Source: Octopus vulgaris
Lineage: Eukaryota
NCBI GenBank assembly: GCA_951406725.2
Contig: OX597818.1
Location: 86,986,001-87,050,000 of the forward strand
DNA length: 64,000 nt
Direction of reading: 5' to 3'
Shown here: positions 40,281 through 52,875 of the stretch, one piece after another
Position numbering within the stretch: position 1 is the stretch's first letter
How the letters are laid out: each line of letters begins with the position of its first letter
The notes under the pieces: model-generated
Seen by the model: only the letters and a program-made list of their open reading frames with translations
What the model was told of the DNA's origin: nothing
Database searches by the model: none
Made by a program: the position numbers and the translations under genes

Positions 40281-40793
40281 AATTTTAATAATAATTATTA
40301 CCTTTGAAGATTTTTATTCCATGCTGACCATTTCATAAAATTGATAATTAAATTAACGATCTTATCCTTATTTACATATATATATATATATATATAAGTT
40401 CAGCAACAATTTAGATTCAAATGAATATGGTACTTAATTTAGATGCACCAGAATTTTGTATGGTGTTATCCATAAAAATTTGCAGGGTGATTATAATCAA
40501 AATAAGCAACAAGAATGACTCCGGTGTTTTGGTACAATTGTTTCACACTACATCATTTTATTAAAAGTTGTAAGTATTACAGCAGATTTAAGATGCTGAG
40601 TGCTCATCAGCCAAATATATAGGTTTTCCATTAATACAAAAGCTTTTAAATCAAATATATATGTATCTGTAAAATCTGTGTCATATCTTTATAAAACATG
40701 TAAAACAAAGAATGAAAATGATGTCCATAAAGTTACTATATTTGTCAGGATTGAAATCTTATTTTTTCCTTTTTTTTTTTTTGTCTGTTACAG

Positions 40794-40939
40794 GCATGAT
40801 AGCATTACACTATGCTGCTTGGCAGGGTAAAGTTGAACCAGTGCGACTCTTACTTGAACATGGCTCTCCTGTTGACGAGAAAGCCGATGATGGTGGTACG
40901 GCTCTCCATCTTGCCTCTCAACATGGTCATTATGATGTG
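40794..40939 (+). CDS. caskin: Caskin-like exon B (146 nt; [49 protein letters not shown])
   Basis: Long T tract then ttacag acceptor, GTG/gtaagc donor. LHYAAWQG and LHLAxQHGHYDV are Caskin ankyrin motifs. G+GC completes the Gly codon begun in exon A. Confidence 0.96.
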
Positions 40940-41199
40940 GTAAGCTGACCTTTCTTACTCTGCTCTTTCACCTCTGACCTTGACCCCTTAGCATTTCATC
41001 TGGCCATATCCACCCCAAATATTCTACCTGTTTTATGTAAAAAAATTGACCAGATCCAGCCTCTTACACACCTGCCCTACAACGTCATTCTAAAAATATA
41101 CAAACACAGAAGTGAAATCTTGAAGCTACAAAATAATGTGTGATTAATTCAAAACAATGTGAATAAATAAGCAATATATTTGACAAAGAAATCTGAATC

Positions 41200-41770
41200 T
41201 TTTCTACTCTAGGCACAAGGCCTGAAATTTTGGGGGAAGGGGCCAGTCGATTAGATCGATCTCACTACGCAACTGGTACTTAATTTATCAACCCTGAAAG
41301 GATGAAAGGCAAAGTCGACCTCGGCGGAATTTGAACTCAGAACATAAAGACAGACAAAATACCTATTTCTTTACTACCCACAAGGGGCTAAACACAGAGA
41401 GGACAGACAAACGGATTAAGTTGATAATATCGACCCCAGTGCGTAACTGGTACTTATTTAATCGACCCTGAAAGGATGAAAGGCAAAGTCAACCTCGGCA
41501 GAATTTGAACTCAGGACATAAAGACAGACGAAATACCTATTTCTTTACTACCCACAAGGGGCTAAACACAGAGAGGACAAACAAGGACAGACAAACGGAT
41601 TAAGTTGATTATATTGACCCCAGTGCGTAACTGGTACTTATTTAATCGACCTCGAAAGGATGAAAGGCAAAGTCGACCTCGGTGGAATTTGAACTCAGAA
41701 TGTTGCGGCAGACGAAATACAGATATGCATTTCACCCGGCGTGCTAACGATTCTGCCAGCTCGCCGCCTT
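41200..41770 (-). mobile_element. Composite family B SINE (three tandem bodies) inside a TTAA-type MITE
   Basis: Three repeats of GAAAGGATGAAAGGCAAAGTCGACCTCGGCGGAATTTGAACTCAG. The host sequence acaaagaaatctgaat occurs on both sides (about 41183 and 41771), like a TSD. Confidence 0.8.
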
Positions 41771-42038
41771 ACAAAGAAATCTGAATGCTTATGGGTTAAA
41801 CCTTTCTTTGTGATGTTGTTCTTATTGTTGTTGATATGATTGTTTTCTTGTCTCAATATTGGTCTTATTCCTGGTAGAATTTATGTGACTAGTGGGTTAC
41901 TACTTGTAACCTTAGATATCCACATGATTTCAATATGCCATTAAGTGCTCAGAACCCTTCTGGTGATCTTCCCTGTTCCTAAGAGGCAAACTTTCTGTAG
42001 AAACATTACAGGATATTCTATTCCAATCTCCTTTATCC

Positions 42039-42085
42039 ATTAATTGGTGCATTAATGACTTACAGTCATTAATGCACCAATTAAT
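42039..42085. repeat. Perfect hairpin, 22-bp arms, TAC loop
   Basis: ATTAATTGGTGCATTAATGACT-TAC-AGTCATTAATGCACCAATTAAT. Confidence 0.92.
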
Positions 42086-44229
42086 TATCTCACTGGCACA
42101 ATCTTTATAGATTATGAGGTAAGAGTGCTAAGCAGTAACTCTTTTATTCTTTTACTTGTTACAGCTTTTTTTTTTACTGTGGTCATGCTGGTGCACCGCC
42201 TTTAGTCAAAGAAATCAACCCCAGCACTTATTCTTCGTAAGCCTAGTACTTATTCTATCGGTTCTCTTTTGCTGAACCACTAAGTTATGTAGACGTAAAC
42301 ACACCAACATCGGTTGTCAAGCAATGGTGGGGGGACAAACACAGACACACACACAAATATATACATATATATATATATAATATGATGGGCTTCTTTCAGT
42401 TTCTGTCTACCAAATCCACTCACAAGGCTTTGGTCAGCCCATGGCTATAGCAGAAGACACTTGCCCAAGGTGCCATGCAATGGGACTGAACCCAGAACCA
42501 TGTGGTTGGGAAGCAAGCTTCTTACCACATAGCTACTCCTGGTGTGTAACTGCAACGTTATTACCAGTTTCGTTATGAAGAAATTTTCTCCATGGCAAAA
42601 CACAGTGAATGGCTTGCTTACGAGTTCGAGTGAGCCACAAGCATATTTGAACTGATAATAACATTGAATTTTTACAGACTTACTCTCTTGGTCTATTTTG
42701 CCAAACCACTAAATTACAGTAACATAAACACACCAATGTCGAATGTGAAGCATTAGTGGTGGGGGTCCAACAAAGACTCATACATACACACACACACGAT
42801 GGGCTTCGTTCAGTTTCCGTGTACCAAATCCACTCACAAGGCTTTGGTCGGCCTGAGGCTATAATAGAAGACACTTGCCCAAAGTGCCACTCAATGGGAC
42901 TGAACCTAGGACCATGTGCTTGGGAAGCAAGCTCCTTACCCTGCAGCTGCCACACCTGTACCTATGGAGATATTGTACTCACCTGTACTTATGATGGTAT
43001 TCATTTGATGCATGTGTCGAGCCAGGTTCCCGACCAACAGGTTCACCATATCCCTCACGAAAGCTGACCACATCCAGCTGTTGCCGTATAGAGTCTAATG
43101 CGGAGGTATACTGTGTAAGGTGTACACTGCTTTATCTACCCAATCTGTCCTCCGACTTCCACCCCTCGTAATATGATTGGGATGACTTTGAGGTAAGTTC
43201 TGAGAGCAATGAGCAATGTTATTAATGAAGACAAAGTGGATTGCATTGCTTTTTGTTTGTGTTTTTTTTTTCCTTATCATCATCATCATCATCATCATCA
43301 TCATCGTTAGTGTTGTAGAAACCAATCAGTGATATTGAAAGGTAAGGGGGGGGGGGACCAACATAAAAAAAAAATTCCCCAATCACTCCAAATGTAATTA
43401 GTCGATATTTGGTGTGCGTGTGTTTTTATATTTGTATTTTTGAGTTTAATGTGTAATAGATGATGATGGAGGTAGTAATAGCTGCAGTGGTGGTGGTGGT
43501 GGTGATGATGATGATGATGATGATGGTTGTGGTGATAATGGTGGTGGTGATGATGATGATGATGTTGGTGGTAGTGATATTGGTTGTGGTGCTGGTAGCG
43601 GTGGTGGTGGTGGTGATTACATTCTGCGTTTGATGCTTCAGTTTTATTTCTTCTACACGTCAAACCAAACCCTTCCTTAATCAAAACAGTTTCTTTTACA
43701 ATCTCTCGATGAATATTAAAATTTTTTTTTTTCATATATTTATTACGCGCGCGCATGTTTCTGTTTGTGTGTATGTTTATATGTACGTGATGGTGTGTTT
43801 ATCAGTTTGGGGTTATTGCTTCTTCTTTCATTCTTCCGTACTGTCTTTTATTTCTTTTCTTCACTCAAACCAAACCAAACAGCACAAACAAACAATTCCC
43901 TAACATTACTAACGTGCCTAGAAACATTTTTTTTATAAATTTCGTTTCGTTTTGTTTTTATACTTTCTATCATCTTTCTCCCTTCGTTTTTCGTTTCTGT
44001 TACCGTTGTTCTTGTTTTTTTTACTACCCCATCTACTCCCGTTTCTTCTTCCCCATCGCCTCCAATACACACTTGCAGACACTTTTTCGACGGTGATTTG
44101 TCTTTACTTTCGAATCCTACCATTATTGGTTCTACAAAATTGCTAGTGTTGTGGTTGAGGTGATTTGTTGTGGTTGGTGTATTTGTTGCTGGTGTGGCAT
44201 TTATAATTGCGACCATACTTGTCATTATT

Positions 44230-44940
44230 CTTTTTTCCCCCTTTCTTTTCTTTTTTATTTTCCACTTCTTCCCTCTTTCTTTCTCCTCAGTTCTCTCCTC
44301 TTCCTCTCTCTTCACTCACGTTCTCCTTTCTTCTCTTGTACCCCTCTCTCTTCTCTGTCACTCATATCTCCTTGTTAACCCTCCCTCTACCCCCTCGTCT
44401 TCTCTCTCCTTCCTCTTCTCCGACGTCTTTCTCTTTTCTTCTCTCCCTCTTCTCCCTTGTCTCTCCATTGTTCTCCCTCCTCTTCTCTCTCCCTCCTCGC
44501 CTCTTCTCTCTCCTTCCTCGCCTCTTCTCTCTCCTTCCTCGCCTCTTCTCTCTCTTTTCTCGCCTCTTCTCTCTCTTTCCTCACCTCTTCTCTCTCTTTC
44601 CTCGCCTCTTCTCTCTCCTTCCTCGGCTCTTTCTCTTTACTCTCATCTCTCTCCCTTCTCTCTCTTCTTTCCTCTTTCTCCCTCCCTCCATCTTCTCCCC
44701 TCTCTCCCTCTTCTCCCTATCTCCCTCCCGCCTCCTCCACCTCCCTCTTTCCCCACCATCCCTCTTCTCTCCCTATCTCCCTCCCTCAGTCTTCTCTCAC
44801 TCTTACCTCTCCTTCTTCCTTCCTCTCTCTTTTCCACCCTGATCTTCCAACCTCCATTCCATCTCTGTCTCTCACATTCTCTCTCTCTTCTCTCCCTCCC
44901 TCCTGCCATTCCACCCATCCCTTCTCTCTTCTCTCCTCTC
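44230..44940. repeat. Polypyrimidine tract with a 21-bp tandem (TCCTCGCCTCTTCTCTCTCCT, about 6 copies at 44493-44630)
   Basis: Almost purely C/T on the + strand. Confidence 0.9.
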
Positions 44941-46229
44941 ACACACGAACCCCCACCACCACCACCAACACCGATACCACACCAACTTTATGATAGGTGT
45001 GATGCTCCATGGTGACTTCTTTAGTCTTAAATACTTTACTTTGATCCTAAATCTAATCACATAACACCATTTTTTTTTTTCATGCTCCATTAACACTTAA
45101 CCCTTTTCCCACCGTGTCTGTGTATGTCTGTATGTGTGTGTGTATGTATGTAGCTGTCTACGATTGTGCTTGTGTATTTGTCTCTAAGTTTGTGTGTGCA
45201 TTTCATCGCATGTGGGCTTATGTATTTCTCTGTATGTCTATATTGTGTATAGGTGTGCAATTATCCATGCATCTGTATTACATGCAAGGTATCTGTGTGT
45301 ATGCGTGAATACATCATTAAAGGAACATGTAGGAATAAAATGAAAGTAGATATATTTAGTTTTACTGACCTAATGCTGTTTGATTCAGATCTCACACACA
45401 TACACACACTACTTTTTAGCTTTTCAGCATACAAGACAATTTAATGTAGCATATAACATAAACATGTGTAAGCATATAAACATTGTCTCTGTCTTCCCAA
45501 ATCCTACTGCATGTCACATGGAACATTTGATCCCCCAATGTCGTTTTGGTGTATAAGTTGACCTACTTTTCTTTTGAGCTACTCTTTTACTTGTTCCAGT
45601 CATTTGACTGCGGCTATGCTGGGGCACCGCCTTTAGTCGAACAAATCGACCCCAGGACTTATTCTTTGTATGCCTAGTACTTATTCTTTCGGTCTCTTTT
45701 TGCCGAACTGCTAAGTTACGGGGACGTAAACACACCAGCATCAGTTGTCAAACGATGTTGGGGGGGACAAACATACACACACACACACACATTTATATAC
45801 ATATACATATATACGACAGGCTTCTTTCAGTTTCCCGTCTACCAAATCCACTCACAAGGCTTTGGACGACCTGAGACTATAGTAGAAGACACTTGTCCAA
45901 GGTCCCACGCAGTGGGACTGAACCCTGAACCATGTGGTTGGTAAGCAAGCTACTTACCTCACAGCCACTCCTGCACCTATGGTCTGAAAAATTCAGTTTA
46001 TTTGGGAGCTACAGTATACATCAAATCATGTATGCTGTAATCTCAAGTTGAATAAGGGTCAGATGGAATGTGTTTACTTGAATAGAAGCCGTGTTCAAAA
46101 CAAAGCTGGACAAAGTACTGGATTCCAGTTTCTTCAATAGCTTAAACTGCTTGCACTCTTCCTTGCAAGCGAGAGAGATGGGCTACTACAAAGACGGAAC
46201 ACTGATTGGCTATGAAGCAAAGAGCCTTG

Positions 46230-46375
46230 GAAAGATCCATGCTAGGAGTATCATTGCGAGAGTATATCCAAACTTGAGATAATTTGACTACAGAGCAGAG
46301 AAATCGAATTGCAGAATCTTGAATGCAAGAGTTCCTTAAAACCAGACATTTTGCAAGGTTCACAGACAATATGGG
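46230..46375 (+). mobile_element. Degraded RTE-like LINE C-terminal remnant
   Basis: RSMLGVSLREYI...RHFARFTDN resembles the RTE 'RSMLGVSLRD-I...WAGHVAR-DNRW' region. Confidence 0.45.
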
Positions 46376-46629
46376 GTGTGAAGGGGGCATGCAGTTGCCG
46401 AGTGGGGCCCAAGAGATTGGAAAAGCCAGACAGAAGGCTTCCACAATTATTAGTAAACAGTTTGGGCCAAGATCAAGAAGAAGGGTACAATCAAGAAAGA
46501 ACTGGAAATGCATTGTGTTCTTGAGCAAGACACTTTATTTCATATTGCACCAGTCACTCAACATGTAATTCAAAGGGCCAGCCCTGTCACATTCAGTGTC
46601 ACACTGAATCCCCCTGAAAACTACATTAA

Positions 46630-47252
46630 CCCTTTTGATACCAATCCGGCTGAAACCACCTGTGCCTCTGTGTAGTACAAATGCCTTGTTTTCATAAGTT
46701 TTGAATTAAAATCTTCCACCAAACCTTAGTCACAATTTATGTTCCTAACATTAGCTTAATGATAACTAAGTTAGTTTACTAAATTATTTCCTCTTTACTC
46801 TTTTACGTGTTCCAGTCATTTAACTGTGGCCATGCTGGAGCACCGCCTTTAGTCGAGCAAATCGACCCCAGGACTTATTCTTTGTAAGCTTAGTACTTAT
46901 TCTATTGGTCTCTTTTGCCGAACCGCTAAGTTACGGGGACGTAAACACACCACCATCGGTTGTCAAGCGATGATGGGGGGACAAACGCAGACACACAAAC
47001 ATATACACATGCATACTTATATATATATACATTATACTACGGGCCTCTTTCAGTTTTCCGTCTACCAAATCCACTCACAAGGCTTTGGTCGGCTCGAGGT
47101 TATAGTAGAAGACACTTGCCCAAGGTGCCATGCAGTAGGAATGAACCCGGGACTATGTGGTTGGTAAGCAAGCTACTTACCACACAGCGACTCCTTTAAA
47201 ATTAATTGAAAGAAACACAGAGCATCTCAAAATAAATACGGTAATCAAAGGG
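46630..47252. mobile_element. piggyBac-type (TTAA) MITE interrupted by a family A SINE
   Basis: TTAA-CCCTTTTG...CAAAGGG-TTAA. Related copies at 4493-5009, 47445-47665 (opposite orientation) and about 54730-55560. Confidence 0.75.
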
Positions 47253-48434
47253 TTAAGGGTACGCATATCTGTGGAGTGCTCAGTCACTAGCACGTTAATC
47301 AGATGAAGTGAAATACTTGTCATTGCAATTGATGGGGTGCCAGTTATCTGGCCCAAATATTCACTCTGTTCCATGTTCAAACTGATCAGAAGCTAGCCAT
47401 GTCATATTCTGTGTCATGCTGAATCTCCTTGAGAAATACATCAACCCTTTCGTTAACTGTATTGATTTTGAGATGCTCTGTGTTTCTTTCAATTACTTTA
47501 AATATAACAAAGAATTTAGTAAAATAACTTAGTTATCATTCAGTTAGTGTTAGGAACATAAATTGTGACTAAGGTTCGGTGGAAGATTTTAATTCAAAAC
47601 TTATGAAAACAAGACATTTGTACTCAGAGTCAGAGCCGGTTTCAGCCGGGTTGGTAACAAAAGGGTTAAGGGTACACATGTCTGTGGACTGCTCAGCCAC
47701 TTGCATATTAATTTCATGAGCAGGCTGTTCCCTTGATCAGATCAACTGGAACACTCATCATCATAGTCAATGGGGTGCCAATTATCTGATCGAATTTTTT
47801 GCCCTGTTTTACATTCAAACTGACCAAATTTAGCCTCGAACATACCTATCCCGCAATGTTGTTCTAAAAATAGCAAAAAGTCAGGTGATTGAAATGTTGA
47901 AGCTAAGAGATATTCCGGATTAATTGAAAGCAATGTGAATAAATATACATTACAACTGACAGAGGAATCTGAATGCTTAAGGGTTAATTACATGGACAGG
48001 AAGCAATGAGGTTCACTGCTGTCCTCAGTCAATCAGGAAACAGAAGACGATTGTTGAGCAAGATGAGGAAGGAGTGATTGAGTGAGGAGCTATAGGTATG
48101 AATGAAAAAATGCTATGTGCTGAACAGGGGAGATAACCATTCTTCTCTTTTACATGGTTGAGTTATTGAACTGCGGCCATGCTGGAGCACTGTCTTGAAG
48201 GGTTTTTAGTTGAACAATTCAACCTCGGTACATATTTTCTATTTTAAGTCTGCAACTAGGTGCAGGTATGGCTGTGTGGTAAGAAGCTTGCTCCCCAACC
48301 ACATCATTTCAAGTTCAGTCCCACTGCATGGCACCATGGGCAAAGTGTCTTCTACTATAGCTTCGGGCCAACCAAAACCTTCTGAATGGATGTGGTTGAC
48401 TGGAACTGAAAGAATCTTGTATATATGTGTGTGT

Positions 48435-48498
<64 letters not shown>

Positions 48499-49121
48499 CA
48501 TTGTTGTTTAATGTCAGTTTACCATGCTGGCATGGGCTCGATGGTTTGACTGAGAACTGGCAAGCCGGGAGGCTGCACTAGGCTCCAATCTGATTTGGCA
48601 AGGTTGCCCTTCCTAATACCAACCACTCCAAGAGTATATATATATGCATGTATGTATATATGTGTGTATCTCTGTATTTGTTTCTTCCCCACCATGGCTT
48701 TGACAACCGATACTAGTGTGCTTATGTTCCTGTGTGTGTGTGTGCGCACGCGTGCGCACACATATGTATTGCCACCACCCCACCCTACAACCGCTTGACA
48801 AACCAGTGTTGGTTTGTTTACATTCCCATGATTTCGCAGTTCAGCAAGATAGACCTCATCAACACAGTATATAATTTGCTCAAGTTTGCTTGATCTACTG
48901 ACAAAGTATTTTAGGCATAGAAAGATAAAATGTCATAAATAATTTTTGGCCTGTACAATTTGCTTAATTAAAAAATTAAACATTGACCCTTCTTTTGTTG
49001 TTTCTGTGATATATGAAACCCTATTCTAATTTGTGAATCCTTCTAGAATCACCCCTGACCCCTAATGTTTTAATCACACTAATACTAATTCATGCCTTTT
49101 TTTTTTACTTTCTCTTTACAG

Positions 49122-49217
49122 GTGAACATGTTATTGGTGCAACATGCTGACCCACGCATTGTAAATAACGCACATCGTACACCAATAGACTCGGCCTGTG
49201 AATTCGGTCGATTTCGG
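49122..49217 (+). CDS. caskin: Caskin-like exon C (96 nt; VNMLLVQHADPRIVNNAHRTPIDSACEFGRFR)
   Basis: Acceptor ttctctttacag, donor CGG/gtaggt, phase 0-0. TPxDxACEFGR is characteristic of Caskin. Confidence 0.95.
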
Positions 49218-50880
49218 GTAGGTCATGTTTTCCATAAGCATCTTTTGATTTTAGTTACACTGACATTAAGTATCATCATACTCATTAAGTTTTCTCTAAG
49301 TGCTTTTTGACTTTAGCTACCCTCACTTTTGACATCATTCTATCATCATTTTCTATAAGCATTATTTGACTTTAGATGCCTTAACTTTTGCCATCAGCAT
49401 TGTCATTTTGATTTCTGTAAGCTTCTTTTGACTTTAGCTGCTCTAAATTTTGATGGCAATGTCTTCTTTTCTATGAGTGCATTTTGACTTTAGCTACCCT
49501 GACGTTTTAAATCATCCTTGTCATAATATGCAGGTAATGTTGCTGATAATTTACTAGAGCTGTTAGAATGTTAGATAGGATGCCTTATGGTATTTTTCTC
49601 TCCCTCTTTGCTCTGAGTTTCTATCCCACTCTAGTCGACTTTGGCATTCATTCTTTCCGAGTCAATAAATAAGTGCAATGGAATGGTAGAATTAAGTTGC
49701 CTTGCAGAATATGTTCTTGATCTAAGTGTTCTGACAGCAACAAACTGTGATGATACTGGTTCCAAACTGTATGGACCGTTTTCCTTTTCTATAAATACCA
49801 TCAATGGTGTGGAGAGAGGTACATGCTGGTCTTGGATTAAAAGAATCTTTACCCAGGCTTACATCTTGGAGACAAATTTCTAGATTCAGTTCTGTGACTT
49901 TATGAGACATATAGATATTCAAAGATGAAGACCTTGGTGGTGGTGATGGTGGCAGTGGTGGTGGCCATGGCAGAGTTGCTACTACTGCTCCTGCTACTGC
50001 TGTGATGGTGGTATTTTGGATGTTGTTTACATTTTACCATTTATCTTTTACTTCTTTCAGTCATTTGACTGTGGCCATACTGGGGCACCACCTTGACAGG
50101 TTTTTAGTTGAACATATCAATCTCAGGGCTGATTTTCTTTTAAAGCCTGCCACCTATTCTATCGGTCTCTTTTTTTGTTGAACCACTAAGTTACAGGAAT
50201 GTAAGCACCAACACTGGTTGTGAGGTGGTGGTGGTGGTGGTGGGAGACAAAACAGACACAAAGCCACACACATAGATATATACATATTCTTTTAGTCTTT
50301 TACTTTATATACACACACACACACACACTCTACATTTATATGTGATGGGCTTCTTTCAGTTTCTGTCTGCCAAATCCACTCACAAGGTTTTGGTCAGCCT
50401 GAGCCTTATAATAGAAGACACTTGCCCAAGGTTCCATGCAGTGGGACTGAACTCGGAACTCCATGTGGTTGGGAAGCAAGCTTCTTAGTGCACAGCCATG
50501 CCTGTGCCTGTATAAAATTCTTTTTAATTTTGCCACAAAGCCAGCCAACATTTTGGAGCGGAAGAAGCAAGTCAATTACATTGACCCTCGTATTTGACTG
50601 GTATTTTATTTTTTTTCAACTCCGGATGGATGAAAAGCAGAGTTGACCCCGAAGGAAGTAGGATTCAGGATGTAATTAGTCAGAAGTACTTCTACAAAGC
50701 ATTGTTTCCGTTACTCTAATAGTTTTTCCAGTTCTCCAAAATTAGATGAAAGAGAGCTAATAAGCTGCTATTTTCTATATTGCACCCTGTTAATCTGGTT
50801 TGACCTGTTTCAAAGTGCAGCTGCACTGCTAATTGCAGTGACCAGTGGGTGCAGAGGTGATGAAGGTTGGCATTTAAAAT

Positions 50881-51103
50881 CAAGGCTGTGAAGTCGAAAC
50901 AAAAAAACTTTGACTCCGACTCCTGTACTATTGACACCTCCGACTCCGATTCTGACTCCTCTTTATGTAATTAAGTGATTGTGGTCTACATATCTCTAAA
51001 AGCAATATGCATACGCTTGTGTATTGAGTAGGCCCATATATTATAACGGGTTTATATTAAAGAATAAAGACATTGTGAGTCGGAATCAGTCTCCACAGCC
51101 CTG
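50881..51103. mobile_element. hAT-like MITE with internal (GACTCC)n subrepeats
   Basis: Ends CAAGGCTGTGAAG / CTCCACAGCCCTG; 8-bp flanks TTTAAAAT / TTAAAAAT. Confidence 0.65.
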
Positions 51104-52832
51104 TTAAAAATATGTAGAAACTGTTTGTCAGGAATGGTGGAAGCATAATATTTTTATTTCATTTAGGTGCAAGTGTGGCTATGTGGTAAGAAGTTTACTT
51201 CTTAACCACATAGTTTTGGGTTCAGTCTCACTGCATGACACTTTGGGCAAGTGTCTTCTACTATAGACCCAGGGCAAAGCCTTGTGAGTGGATTTAGTTG
51301 ACAGAAACTGAAAGAAGCATATATATATATATACACGACAGGCTTCTTTTAGTTTCCTTCTACCAAATCCACACACAAGGCTTTGGTTGGCCCGAGGCTA
51401 TAGTAGAAGACACTTGCCCAAGGTGCCGTGCAGTGGGACTGAACTTGCAACCATGTGGTTTGTAAGCAAGCAACTTACCACACACCCACTCCCATGCCTG
51501 TTTTACATTCTGAGTTCAAATCCTCCCAATGTCATCTTTGCATTTGATTTCTTTCTGAGTTGGTAAAATAAAGTACCAGTCAAGTACTGGGGTTTTGATT
51601 TACTCTCTCCTCAAAATTGCTGGCCTTGTGCCAAGACAAAATGCTTAGCAGCATTTATTCTGGCTTTGCATTTTGAGTTCAAATTCTGTCACGGTCAGCT
51701 TTGGCTTTCATCCTTTTTGGGTCATTGAAATAAGTACTAGTTTTAAGCACTGGTACTTTAGATTAGACCCCTCCCCAAAATTTCCTTGTGCCTATAGTAA
51801 GAAAGGATCTTCTTCTTCTTCATCATCTTCATTAAAGCAGTGAGCTGGCAGATTCATTAGCATGCCAGACAAAATTCTTAGTCTCATCTCCTCTGTCTTT
51901 ATGTTCAAATTTTCTGAGGTCGACTATGTGGTTTGTCCTTTCAAGGACTCAATAAAATAAGTGTTGGGAATGATGAAACTGAGTAGCCCCTGCTCCCAAA
52001 ATTTCAGGCCTTGCGTTTATAGTAGAAAGGATTATCATCATCATCATTATTATTATTATTATCAACCAACTTTATCTTTCGTCCCTTTGTGCTTGACAAT
52101 ATAAAGTACCAGTGAAGAACAGGGGGTTGATGTTACCCTCCCTCACTTCTTTCTTTACTTTTATACCTAAATTGGAAACGATTATAAAGAATAACTATAG
52201 TTGTTACTTGGTTGTATTTCGATTCCTAATAATATCTATCAGACTTTAGTAAAGGTGTGAATTGCTCTACATTTTCAATTTGTCCTTTCTATTAATTAGA
52301 AAAAAATAACAGGAAAGAGAAGGAAGCTTTCTGTTTTTTAATCCATCAACGAATATTTCACCCTCGCCTATTTGTTGCAAGGGAAATAACTCATCACAAT
52401 TACCTCCCTTGTTACTCCCAGTAGTTATTTAACAATGATCCCTATTTCAGCCAAGGTTTGCTACGTATCCTCTTTCGGAACTTTCCTCGCAGCAACGTAG
52501 CTGCACCTTTAATAAATAGAGTCCTTTGTGAAATCCATAGAACAACGAATGGTTAATTGTTTTCTCAGTTATAGTTGCAATTGTTGTCGTCTAGTAGATT
52601 GTAAACAAAGACTACGAAACGTCAGTACATGTATATATGAGTGCGTGTGTGTATGTTTTGTGTAATGTTTGTGTGTGCGTATACACACAAACACGCTAAT
52701 AGACGTATAAACAAAGATTAACGGAAGTCATATTGTGTATAAAGAAGGTTATATTCAATAGATTTAAGTAGAAAAAATATTTTTACTTTTCGAAGGAAAG
52801 ACACTGTTAACAGTGAAATATGTATTTACACA

Positions 52833-52875
<43 letters not shown>

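Noticed and set aside
44170-45015. 281-aa Leu/Ser/Pro-rich ORF
   Set aside because: Polypyrimidine tract with no domain signal.
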